Positions 1 through 7,632 of a stretch of DNA of 14,982 nt are shown one piece after another (the stretch's first letter is position 1; each line of letters begins with the position of its first letter). The notes beneath the pieces were generated by a model that saw only the letters and a list, made by a program, of their open reading frames with translations, had not been told where the DNA came from and searched no databases. The translations under genes and the position numbers were made by a program. The stretch covers positions 1 to 14,982 of the forward strand of contig CAZZXL010000128.1 of the NCBI GenBank assembly GCA_964658035.1, in the 5' to 3' direction. Source of the stretch: an uncultured Acetobacteraceae bacterium. GTDB lineage: Bacteria > Acidobacteriota > Terriglobia > Terriglobales > Acidobacteriaceae.

Positions 1-40
1 AGGAACTGACTATTTGGTTGTTGAATGAAGTTGACCAGGC

Positions 41-224
41 GAAGTGCTGCTCTAGGTCTTATCCACAGATACTTTGGAGCCAAGTTAGGTCTTCATTTTG
101 AAGGGGCGGGACCTCAGTCCCGCCATCGATTCGAAGTGCTGCTCTAGGTCTTATCCACAGATACTATGGAGCCAAGTTAGGTCTTCATTTTGAAGGGGCG
201 GGACTTCAGTCCCGACATCGATTC
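41..224. repeat. Tandem direct repeat of 2 x 92 bp (41-132 and 133-224) with 3 mismatches. Each unit contains a perfect 8-bp GC hairpin (GGCGGGAC-CTCA-GTCCCGCC) and a CTTCA-TTT-TGAAG palindrome. A degenerate third copy lies at ~255-338, ending at the fabG stop.
   Basis: The two copies align base for base; the period is exactly 92 nt. The 'gctctaggtcttatcc'-like and 'gccatcgat..ctgctc' segments recur in decayed form at 263-280 and 318-338. There is no conserved reading frame (92 is not a multiple of 3). Confidence 0.85.
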
Positions 225-338
225 AAGCAGTGCATCCCGGCTTTAGCCGCTGAGGGCATGTGGCTCTGGTCTTTCTCCTTGGGGGGAAAGCCTGTCTGGC
301 GAACTGGGCTCATTACGCCATCGATGCTTCTGCTCGAA

Positions 339-1082
339 TCACATGTACATACCGCCATTCACATCCAGCACGTGGCCGGTAATGTAACTGGCGCTGTCTG
401 AAGCGAGAAACGCAACGGCATGCGCGACATCCATGTCCGATCCGGCGCGGCCAAGCGGAATATGCGCCATCATCGCTTCCCGCTGCTTGTCATCAAGTAC
501 GGCGGTCATGGCAGTTTCAATCAGCCCTGGCGCTACGACATTCACCGTAATGTTGCGCGAAGCAATTTCCCTGGCCAGCGATTTGCTGAAGCCGATCAGC
601 CCGGCCTTGCTGGCGGCGTAGTTTGCCTGGCCTGCCTGGCCCGCCTGCGCCACCACGCTCGAGATATTCACGATTCGGCCCCAGCGCGATTTCATCATGG
701 ACGAGATGACCGCCTGGCTCATCAGAAATGCGCCTGTCAGGTTGGTATTCAGCACATCATCCCAGTCAGGGCGGCGCATGCGCAGCAGCAGGCCGTCCTT
801 GGTGATGCCGGCATTATTCACCAGGATGTCGATCGAACCGAAGTGGGCGATCACAGCTTTCGCCGTGGCCTTGATCGATTCTTCTGCGGCGACGTCGAGC
901 ACAAATGCCTCAGCTGTTCCGCCGGCTGCGCGAATTTCCGCGACCACTTCGTCCAGCTTTGCCTGGTTGCGTGCGGCCACTGCTATCTTTGCACCCTGCT
1001 GCGCGAGCACCAGTGCACAGGCGCGTCCGATGCCTTGTGAAGCGCCGGTAATAAGGGCTGTCTTGCCTTCAAGTGCGGTCAT
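339..1082 (-). CDS. fabG: 3-oxoacyl-[ACP] reductase (FabG) or a very close SDR paralog
   Basis: The product carries TGASQGIGRA (Rossmann), NNAG, the S..YAASKAG catalytic motif and PG, and ends in GGMYM, as E. coli FabG does. The N-terminus MTALEGKTALITG aligns to E. coli MNFEGKIALVTG. The ATG at 1080-1082 is preceded by AAGGAAAT. The track ORF reaching 1112 begins with a TTG, which I take to be an over-extension. Confidence 0.9.
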   Translation of the reverse strand: MTALEGKTALITGASQGIGRACALVLAQQGAKIAVAARNQAKLDEVVAEIRAAGGTAEAFVLDVAAEESIKATAKAVIAHFGSIDILVNNAGITKDGLLLRMRRPDWDDVLNTNLTGAFLMSQAVISSMMKSRWGRIVNISSVVAQAGQAGQANYAASKAGLIGFSKSLAREIASRNITVNVVAPGLIETAMTAVLDDKQREAMMAHIPLGRAGSDMDVAHAVAFLASDSASYITGHVLDVNGGMYM

Positions 1083-1127
1083 ATTTCCTTCGATGCGACA
1101 GATTATTTTCAACGTGGGTGGTAGGAG

Positions 1128-1940
1128 TTACAGCGTCTCCGGGCTTAATGCCGCCTGCCGGTTGAGTGCGTTCGCCAGCGACGGCACCATCTCGAGCGAC
1201 CAGACATAAACCACCAGCTCGCGCGCGTAGAGCAGCAGCGGCGCGGTATCAGGCAGCTGGATGCCATGCGCCTGCGGCAGCAGGTTCACCTCAAACTCGG
1301 CTTCTGCCTGTTCAAGCGGCCAGGGCACATGGTGGATCTCGCCTTTGAAAAGTCGGCCCTTGTGGTCGGTAGTGTAAAGACGATAGCGCTCGGTCAGGAA
1401 ATGCTCAATGGTGCCGGGACTCGACAGTTCAAAAACCCGGCTTTTCTGCAGACTGCGATAGCGCGCGCGAAAAGTAGCAGGCTTGGGCCCGAAGATGCGC
1501 TCGCTGCGATAGTAGAACTCCCGCTCATCGCGCGACTGCACGTGCATACGCGCCCAGTAATAGGGAAGTTGAAAGACCGTGCGGGCGACCGTCACTGCAA
1601 GCAGACTGGCGGCATCCAGCGAGAAAAAATACACGCCCACCTGGTTGGTATGGGTTTCGCGCACGTAGGTGCGCAGGTTGAGTTCAGGAAAGCTGTCCAC
1701 GCCGGGAATGCGTGGCAGCGCGCGCAGACGGATGTTGTCCATGCTGAAAGGCACCACGCCGATCCATGCGGAGCCGTCGAAGGTATCCGGCACCAGCCCC
1801 TCCGGCAGCAGGTGCGCAATGCTCGAGGGCGGAACAGGCCAGTGCGCAAAAAGTAGGTCACTCCAACGCTGGGTCATCGCCCAGGGCCGGTCCGGCAGCG
1901 GCCAGGGACGGTGTTTTACGGTGGAAAGTACATCAGTCAC
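1128..1940 (-). CDS. DUF2071 (COG3361) family protein of unknown function
   Basis: RPWAMTQRWSDLLFAHWPV, ELNLRTYVR, GVYFFSLDA and LPYYWARM match the recalled signature of DUF2071 proteins. The maximal ORF starts at a TTG (1961) with no RBS. The in-frame GTG at 1938-1940 is preceded by AAGGAAAGCCC and is my preferred start. The stop is 46 nt upstream of the fabG start, so the two are probably co-transcribed. Confidence 0.75.
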   Translation of the reverse strand: MTDVLSTVKHRPWPLPDRPWAMTQRWSDLLFAHWPVPPSSIAHLLPEGLVPDTFDGSAWIGVVPFSMDNIRLRALPRIPGVDSFPELNLRTYVRETHTNQVGVYFFSLDAASLLAVTVARTVFQLPYYWARMHVQSRDEREFYYRSERIFGPKPATFRARYRSLQKSRVFELSSPGTIEHFLTERYRLYTTDHKGRLFKGEIHHVPWPLEQAEAEFEVNLLPQAHGIQLPDTAPLLLYARELVVYVWSLEMVPSLANALNRQAALSPETL

Positions 1941-2200
1941 GGGCTTTCCTTGGGCGGTCAATCTGCCGCACTCTCGTACTTCCTCGTTACACCATTAAAG
2001 TTTCCGGACCATGGATTGCCAATCCCACGGTCCTGGTCTCAAATCCGCGGACTGAAAACCCATCCGAAAGGAAAGACTAGCCCAGTCAAGCAAGGGAAGC
2101 AATTCATCGCTCCGCGCTCCTGCTACTACTTTATGCATCCCGGCTGCTTTCCACTGTCAGACGGAACAGGACGTGAATTCCACAGTGCCGGCACGGACGG

Positions 2201-3811
2201 GTGCCGTATCCTGTGGGCACGATGTCAGAGACGCAGATGGCCCTCGCGCCGCCTTCCACTTCAGCAGAAAATTCGCAGAATGCCACCGAAGTTTTCGCCG
2301 TTCACGGAGCTGATCCGGAAGTACTCGCCTATGCCATGGCAAAGTACTCGCGCTCCGCTCTGTCGATGAAAGAATCATTGCGCGAGATCAGCAGCCAGCG
2401 CGCCGAACAGTTTCTGAATACTTTCTATTTTCAGTACGGCCATCGTTCCATAGCGGACCTGGCGCATGTCGCTTTCGCCATCGAACGTCTCTCCTTACTT
2501 GCTGCCATTGTGCTCGTGGACGAGCAGCGGTGGGATGGACAGGAGCGGTCGACGCGGTACCAGAATTTTCAGAAAAGCGGCTGGTATCTACCCGATTTCG
2601 GGGCCGAAAATGACCATAAAACGGCATATTCTGAACGAATCCAGGCACTTTTTGGCACGTATCACACCACTTTCGAGGGCGTTTTTGCCTCATTACTTGC
2701 GAGAACTGCCAAGCCGGAAGAGATGAAACAAGAGGCTTTTGAGCGGACTCTGAAGGCGAGAGCGTTCGATGTGGCACGCTACCTTTTGCCGCTTTCGGCA
2801 AACACTTCATTAGGGCAGATTGTGAATGCGCGCACGCTTGAGACGCAGGTGTCCCGGCTGCTGACCGATGAACATGCGGAGATCCGCGAACTGGGCGAGA
2901 AGCTGCGCGCAGCCGCATCTGGAGCGGCCTGGAACGTGCATGGTGCGGCGCTGGCTGAACTGCAGAAGAAAGTTGCCGCCGTCGATCCTGCCCTTGGCGC
3001 CGCTGCTGAAGAACTGCTGACGCGTGAGGTAAAAGTTGCGCCGACGCTGGTGAAATATGCCGCTGAAAATAACTACCAAAAGCAAACACGCGACGAGCTG
3101 AAGCAAGCTGCGGCCTCATGGATGAAGGGTGCGGTAATCGCACCCTCTCCCGTAGTTGACCTGGTTGAACGAAATGAGTCGCTCGAAGTTGAAATAGCCG
3201 CGACGCTGCTGTACGGCGCGAGTCATTATTCTTTTCGCCAGGTGCGCGACCGGGTAGCTTCGCTGACGGCCGCGGAGGTGGGCGAGATCATCGGTATAGG
3301 GATGAGGCATCGCGGCCGGCATGATGAACTGCTGCGGGAATTTTCGGCCGGCCAGTCGCTGCGCTTCGACATTCTGATGGATATTGGCGGCTTTCGCGAT
3401 ATGCATCGCCATCGCAAATGCACGCAGATTCTGCAGAGTTTTACAGCGCTGCACGGGTATGAAGTCCCCGATGGTCTGGCTGAGGCTGGGTTGGAAGCGG
3501 ACTATCGCCGGGCGATGGATGCAGCGCACGCAACGTTCTTCGCGCTTTCGGATGCCGGGCCATCAGGGAGTGAAGCAGGCAGTGAAGCGCAGTATGTATT
3601 GCCCCTGGGTACGCGCTGCCGCTCGCTGTTCAAGATGGATTTTGCCGAGGCGGTTTATATTTCAGAATTGCGCTCGGCGCCGCAGGGTCACTTTTCCTAT
3701 CGGCGGGTGGCATGGGAGATGTACCAGGCGGTGCAGAAGCAGCATCCTGGGTTGGCGCCTTACTTTCGGGTGACGGATGTGCGCCAGCCGGTGGATTTGC
3801 TGAAGCGGTAG
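2201..3811 (+). CDS. thyX: Flavin-dependent thymidylate synthase ThyX, fused tandem (two Thy1 domains, ~536 aa)
   Basis: The first half has GHRS..., ...RSTRY and the canonical ARxxLPL-x4-T-x6-NAR-x...-HAEIR block. The second half has FRDMHRHRKCTQILQS (RHR-x7-S) and a YVLPLGTR...LRS...AWEMY block. The start is uncertain: GTG 2201, ATG 2222 or ATG 2237, none with a strong SD. Confidence 0.8.
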   Translation: MPYPVGTMSETQMALAPPSTSAENSQNATEVFAVHGADPEVLAYAMAKYSRSALSMKESLREISSQRAEQFLNTFYFQYGHRSIADLAHVAFAIERLSLLAAIVLVDEQRWDGQERSTRYQNFQKSGWYLPDFGAENDHKTAYSERIQALFGTYHTTFEGVFASLLARTAKPEEMKQEAFERTLKARAFDVARYLLPLSANTSLGQIVNARTLETQVSRLLTDEHAEIRELGEKLRAAASGAAWNVHGAALAELQKKVAAVDPALGAAAEELLTREVKVAPTLVKYAAENNYQKQTRDELKQAAASWMKGAVIAPSPVVDLVERNESLEVEIAATLLYGASHYSFRQVRDRVASLTAAEVGEIIGIGMRHRGRHDELLREFSAGQSLRFDILMDIGGFRDMHRHRKCTQILQSFTALHGYEVPDGLAEAGLEADYRRAMDAAHATFFALSDAGPSGSEAGSEAQYVLPLGTRCRSLFKMDFAEAVYISELRSAPQGHFSYRRVAWEMYQAVQKQHPGLAPYFRVTDVRQPVDLLKR

Positions 3812-3825
3812 GTGCGAGTCAAGGA

Positions 3826-3850
3826 AAACGCAGATCCCTCGACTGCGTTT
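3826..3850 (+). terminator. Hairpin 15 nt after the thyX stop (AAACGCAG-loop9-CTGCGTTT), a possible weak intrinsic terminator
   Basis: An 8-bp perfect stem immediately downstream of the TAG at 3809-3811. There is no U-tract beyond the UUU that lies inside the stem. Confidence 0.3.
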
Positions 3851-4092
3851 CGCTCGGTCAGGATGACAAATAGGTGGGCACGGGATAGCAGGATCGTGCC
3901 TTGGGATGGCTGGCGAATTGAGACTGAGATCCGGTCTTCCCGAATTGAAATAGATTACGGCTTAAAACTGGAAACCCTTCGATTTCGCTACCAAGCCGCG
4001 GTGCCGGTTGCTAGTATCAGGCCAACCTGGTTGTGCTGGACGAGTTCTCCACAGCTTTCGGGTTTCGTGCCGAAAAGGCCGGTATTTGCCTA

Positions 4093-4129
4093 TTGTTCGC
4101 CCTGTGTTTGGCGGGTACACTGATAGTAC
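4093..4129 (+). promoter_or_regulatory. Candidate recA promoter (TTGTTC-17-TACACT) overlapped by a GTAC-N7-GTAC repeat (4115-4129)
   Basis: -35 TTGTTC at 4093-4098, a 17-nt spacer and -10 TACACT at 4116-4121, about 45 nt upstream of the recA GTG. GTACactgataGTAC overlaps the -10, where an SOS operator would be expected. This is sequence-only. Confidence 0.3.
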
Positions 4130-4165
4130 ATAGCAGTAAGCTTGAGCACATCCCTGAGGTGATAC

Positions 4166-5260
4166 GTGGCTGATGATCGTTCCCGCGCCGTTGAACTGGC
4201 GCTCGCGCAAATAGAAAAGCAGTTTGGCAAGGGCTCGATCATGCGTCTGGGCAACAAGGACGCGATTGTACCGATTTCCGTGATCGGGACCGGCTCCATT
4301 TCCTTTGATGCTGCACTGGGTGTGGGGGGCGTACCGCGGGGCCGCGTGGTGGAGATTTTCGGGCCTGAATCGTCGGGCAAAACGACTATCACGCTGCAGA
4401 TTATTGCCGAGGCTCAGAAACTGGGCGGTATGGCGGCATTCGTGGATGCAGAGCACGCGCTTGATCCGGCATACGCGCGCAAGCTGGGGGTCGACATCGA
4501 CAACCTGCTGATTTCACAGCCCGACTACGGCGAGCAGGCGCTCGAAATTACGGAAGCCCTGGTACGCAGTAATGCAATCGATGTGCTGGTCGTTGATTCC
4601 GTAGCGGCCCTGGTGCCGAAAGCCGAACTGGATGGCGAGATGGGCGATTCGCACATGGGTCTGCAGGCACGGCTGATGTCGCAGGCGCTGCGCAAGTTGA
4701 CGGGCACAGTGTCGAAGTCGCGTACCTGCCTCATCTTCATCAACCAGATCCGCGAAAAGATTGGCGTGATGTTCGGTAATCCTGAAACGACGACTGGCGG
4801 TCGCGCGTTGAAGTTCTATTCGTCGGTACGGATTGACATTCGCCGGATCGCCGCCGTGAAGGAAGGCGATGTTGTCGTCGGTTCGCGGACCAAGGTAAAG
4901 ATCGTCAAGAACAAGGTCGCGGCGCCCTTCCGTGAAGCCGAATTCGACATTCTTTACGGTGAAGGCATTTCACGTGAGGGCGACGTGCTGGACCTGGCAG
5001 TAGCGAACAATATCGTCGAAAAGTCCGGCTCGTGGTTCAGCTACTCGGGCGATCGGATCGGGCAGGGCCGCGAGAATGTCCGCCAGTATCTGAAAGAACA
5101 TCGCGACGTATTTACGCGGATTGATGCTGAACTGCGCGCGAAACTGGGTCTGGGTGGGGCAAAGGACCTTGACCTTCCGCCAGTGCCGGTGAATGGCGCA
5201 GCGATCGCGCAGGAAGCCATCGGCAAGCCATCGGCTGGACGCCGGCCGCAGACACAGTAG
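4166..5260 (+). CDS. recA: Recombinase RecA
   Basis: [26 protein letters not shown] (Walker A), [10 protein letters not shown] and [29 protein letters not shown] are near-identical to E. coli RecA. GTG start with a GAGGTG SD 4 nt upstream. Confidence 0.97.
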   Translation: MADDRSRAVELALAQIEKQFGKGSIMRLGNKDAIVPISVIGTGSISFDAALGVGGVPRGRVVEIFGPESSGKTTITLQIIAEAQKLGGMAAFVDAEHALDPAYARKLGVDIDNLLISQPDYGEQALEITEALVRSNAIDVLVVDSVAALVPKAELDGEMGDSHMGLQARLMSQALRKLTGTVSKSRTCLIFINQIREKIGVMFGNPETTTGGRALKFYSSVRIDIRRIAAVKEGDVVVGSRTKVKIVKNKVAAPFREAEFDILYGEGISREGDVLDLAVANNIVEKSGSWFSYSGDRIGQGRENVRQYLKEHRDVFTRIDAELRAKLGLGGAKDLDLPPVPVNGAAIAQEAIGKPSAGRRPQTQ

Positions 5261-5264
5261 TCCG

Positions 5265-5783
5265 ATGCCGGAGCGTCCACTAGCCGGGGAGTACACGCCT
5301 TTCCAGGCGGACTATGTTGCGCTGGTACCGGAAGAGGATATTCTTCCGGTTCTCACCGAGCAGGTCTGGGATCTGGCGGAACTCGAGAACCGTATCTCAC
5401 CCGAGAAGGAATTTTTCCGCTATGCTCCCGGCAAGTGGAGTGTTCGGGAGGTGTTCGGGCACCTGAGCGACGCTGAACGTGTCTTCGGCTACCGTGCTTT
5501 GTGCATGGCACGCGGCCAGCAGGAGGCCATGCCAGCATTCGACGAAAACCTTTTCGTGGATACAGGCAATTTTGATCGACGAACGCTCAAGCAGCTGGCG
5601 GGTGAATGGCAATTGCTGCGAAGAGCCAATCTTTCATTGCTTCACGGACTGGAACCTGCAGCCTGGACGCGCACCTGCTTAGCGAATGATGCGGTGACTT
5701 CAACCCGGGCCGTCGCCTGGATCATGGCAGGACATTTGCGTCATCATCTTGCCATTCTCAAAGACCGCTACGGGGTAGCCTGA
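5265..5783 (+). CDS. DinB/YfiT-like (DinB_2 superfamily) putative metal-dependent enzyme
   Basis: GKWSVREVFGHLSDAERVFGYR and C-terminal HLRHHLAIL match the His-rich DinB_2 fold signature. The internal ATG at 5265 gives about 172 aa, typical for the family. The track start at 5193 would overlap recA by 68 nt. The ATG lies 4 nt after the recA stop with no SD, which suggests translational coupling. Confidence 0.6.
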   Translation: MPERPLAGEYTPFQADYVALVPEEDILPVLTEQVWDLAELENRISPEKEFFRYAPGKWSVREVFGHLSDAERVFGYRALCMARGQQEAMPAFDENLFVDTGNFDRRTLKQLAGEWQLLRRANLSLLHGLEPAAWTRTCLANDAVTSTRAVAWIMAGHLRHHLAILKDRYGVA

Positions 5784-5850
5784 GGAATCGCCTTGTTCGG
5801 TACTGCTGCATGTGGTTCATTCCTGGGGTGCAAATGCAGTCCGTGTGTAG

Positions 5851-6180
5851 GTGGCGAGTCTGCCCTCGTTCCTGAACAACAGCGCGCTTACTGCTCGTGC
5901 TTACTGCTTTGCTGACCGTATTCTGATGGTCGACGTCAGGACCGCAATCCGCTGCGCGAGGCTGCATGTACCTGATCCCCTGCCTGAGATTGATGCGTTG
6001 ATCGCCGCGACAGCACTGGTGCACGGCCTGACGGTGGTGACGCGCAATGTTGCGAACGTTGTGCCGATGAAGGTCCCTGTGTTCAATCCCTGGGAAGCGG
6101 AGAGCTTGCCTGTTCATCGACTCACTTCTTTATGGTTTGCTTATGGCTCTTCGGTAACACTGCGTCGATTCGTGCTGTGA
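5851..6180 (+). pseudogene. 3' remnant of a PIN-domain (VapC-like) toxin gene with the N-terminal half missing
   Basis: The C-terminal block PEIDALIAATALVHGLTVVTRNVANVVPMKVPVFNPW is the classic VapC tail (D.LIAATA...TRN....NPW). The three upstream frames (5784-5850) contain no LLDTNV-like N-terminal motif. There is no RHH/antitoxin ORF upstream. The 4th acidic residue (DF after TRN) is replaced by N. Confidence 0.45.
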
Positions 6181-6537
6181 CTGTGCTGACCGAGAGTAGT
6201 ATCTGAAATCGGTAGAGTGGCTTTTCCGTGACCGTGAGCTTTCTGCGATTCTCCGTTTGCCTTTTCTTACGAAGGCCAATCGAGATGTCCGCTGAGCATT
6301 CACCCTGGGGAAATTCGCTCGAGTTGGCCCGGAAAGTGAGGCCAGAATGCCGTGATGACTCTCGTGAAAATTCTCGCAACAATCTTCCTGCTTTTACTTG
6401 GCTATGAAGGCATGGTGTACGCGTTGCACCTGCTGAATCGACCGAGCGATGCTGCCGTGTATGAGGGCATGGCATGTCTCGCGGGACTGCTTCTTTTTCT
6501 ACCCTTTGTGCTCTGGCGTTCTGGCGGAGGCCTTTAC

Positions 6538-7518
6538 ATGAGTATCTATCAACAGAATGAACCGATGCGCGGCGTGGTGTTGCCGTCGATGCCGCAGCTG
6601 CCGGTAAAGTTTTTCAAACTGATCGCGCTGGCGATTGCCGGCATCATCGCGCTCATCATTTTCTTCAATTACATTTTTGCGATTACGCGGATCGGGGCCG
6701 GCTACACGGGTGTCGAGATCCTGTTGTCGGGAAGTCAGCGTGGTGCATCGGAGATTCCAATTCGGACGGGCTGGGTCTTTTACAGTCCGCTGCGCAGCCA
6801 AATTATCGAGTTCCCGACATACGTGCAGACGGTGAAATGGACGCGCAACCTGGAAGAGGGACGACCGTCGAATGAAGAGATGAGTTTCAACTCGAAAGAA
6901 GGCATGGAGATCTATGCGGACACGTCGCTGTCGTATGCGATTGAGCCACCGAAGGTGCCGGACTTTTATCTGAAGTATCGCGTGAATGAACTGGATAGCT
7001 TTACGCACGGAATCCTGCGGGACATTGTGCGTAACTCGCTGAATGAAGTGGCGTCGACCTATACGATCGAGCAGATTTATGGTGAGCAGAAAGCGCAGTT
7101 TCTGCGGCAGGTGGAGGCGCTCATCCAGCAGAAGGTGGAACCGGTCGGCGTGATGATTCAGCAGTTCGGGTTTATCGGAGCGCCGCGCGTGCCTGAGGTG
7201 ATTGCGAACGCGATTACAGCGAAGGCGCAGGCGATCCAGAATGCGGAGCGCGCGAACAACGAACTGGCCGAAACGCAGGCCCAGGCAGCGAAGAAGATTG
7301 CCGAAGCTGAGGGCGATGCCAAGTCGAACGTAACGCGCGCGCAGGGTGAGGCGGAAGCAAACAAGATTCGCCAGACGTCGATTACACCGCAGTTGCTGGA
7401 GCTGCGCAAGCTTGAGAACCAGGGCAGGCTGATCGACCGGTGGAATGGCCAGCTGCCGCAGGTGGAGAGCGGCGGGCAGGGCGGCGGTATCCTGTTGCAG
7501 CTGCCGAAGTCGCAGTAG
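6538..7518 (+). CDS. SPFH/band-7 (prohibitin/HflK-C-like) membrane protein
   Basis: An N-terminal TM segment (KFFKLIALAIAGIIALIIFFNYIFAI) is followed by an SPFH core (EMSFNSKEGMEIYADTSLSYAIEP, TYTIEQIYGE) and an Ala/Glu/Gln-rich coiled-coil tail (AEAEGDAKSNVTRAQGEAEANKIRQ). The ATG at 6538 has a strong GGAGG SD with a 7-nt spacer. The same frame stays open back to GTG 6352 / ATG 6355, giving an alternative N-terminal extension of 61 aa with 2 predicted TM segments. Confidence 0.8.
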   Translation: MSIYQQNEPMRGVVLPSMPQLPVKFFKLIALAIAGIIALIIFFNYIFAITRIGAGYTGVEILLSGSQRGASEIPIRTGWVFYSPLRSQIIEFPTYVQTVKWTRNLEEGRPSNEEMSFNSKEGMEIYADTSLSYAIEPPKVPDFYLKYRVNELDSFTHGILRDIVRNSLNEVASTYTIEQIYGEQKAQFLRQVEALIQQKVEPVGVMIQQFGFIGAPRVPEVIANAITAKAQAIQNAERANNELAETQAQAAKKIAEAEGDAKSNVTRAQGEAEANKIRQTSITPQLLELRKLENQGRLIDRWNGQLPQVESGGQGGGILLQLPKSQ

Positions 7519-7573
7519 CAAACCACTTATCGGTTGCGCAGAACGAACCGTTCCAGGATGAGTCCCATGTCTC

Positions 7574-7599
7574 AGAAGCGAGACATGGGGCACCCGGGT
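7574..7599 (+). other. Perfect 10-bp stem-loop (CCCATGTCTC-AGAAGC-GAGACATGGG) in the SPFH-coaD spacer
   Basis: Read directly from the sequence. It is GC/AU mixed with no U-tail (GCACCCGGG follows), so it is terminator-like or a processing or regulatory hairpin. Confidence 0.4.
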
Positions 7600-7632
7600 T
7601 TGCGGGGTGGATTGGAGACCTCTTCGCAGCTT

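Noticed and set aside
41-224. CRISPR array interpretation of the 92-bp repeats
   Set aside because: The copies are directly abutting with no spacers. The unit is far longer than CRISPR repeats, and there are no cas genes.
697-1209. Long + strand ORFs antisense to fabG and to the DUF2071 gene (420..1040, 697..1209, 1266..1856), and likewise 2388..3143(-), 6499..7593(-), 9192..9998(+) and 12702..13214(+) opposite real genes
   Set aside because: They are Arg/Ala/Gly-rich, low-complexity shadow ORFs of the kind expected on the antisense strand of 60% GC coding DNA. In every case the opposite strand encodes a protein with full-length family signatures.
3812-4123. 103-aa ORF in the thyX-recA spacer
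   Set aside because: Its composition is Arg/Trp-rich with no motif, and it starts exactly at the thyX stop. It looks like an intergenic leader with a hairpin and a promoter, not a gene.
5193-5264. Upstream start for the DinB-like ORF, overlapping the recA C-terminus
   Set aside because: It would give a 68-nt out-of-frame overlap with recA and a Ser/Arg-rich leader. The family's typical ~170-aa length is met from ATG 5265.
7551-7563. GAAC-N5-GTTC (Cheo-box-like) downstream of the SPFH gene
   Set aside because: The spacing is wrong (N5, not N4), and it lies at a gene 3' end rather than in a promoter.
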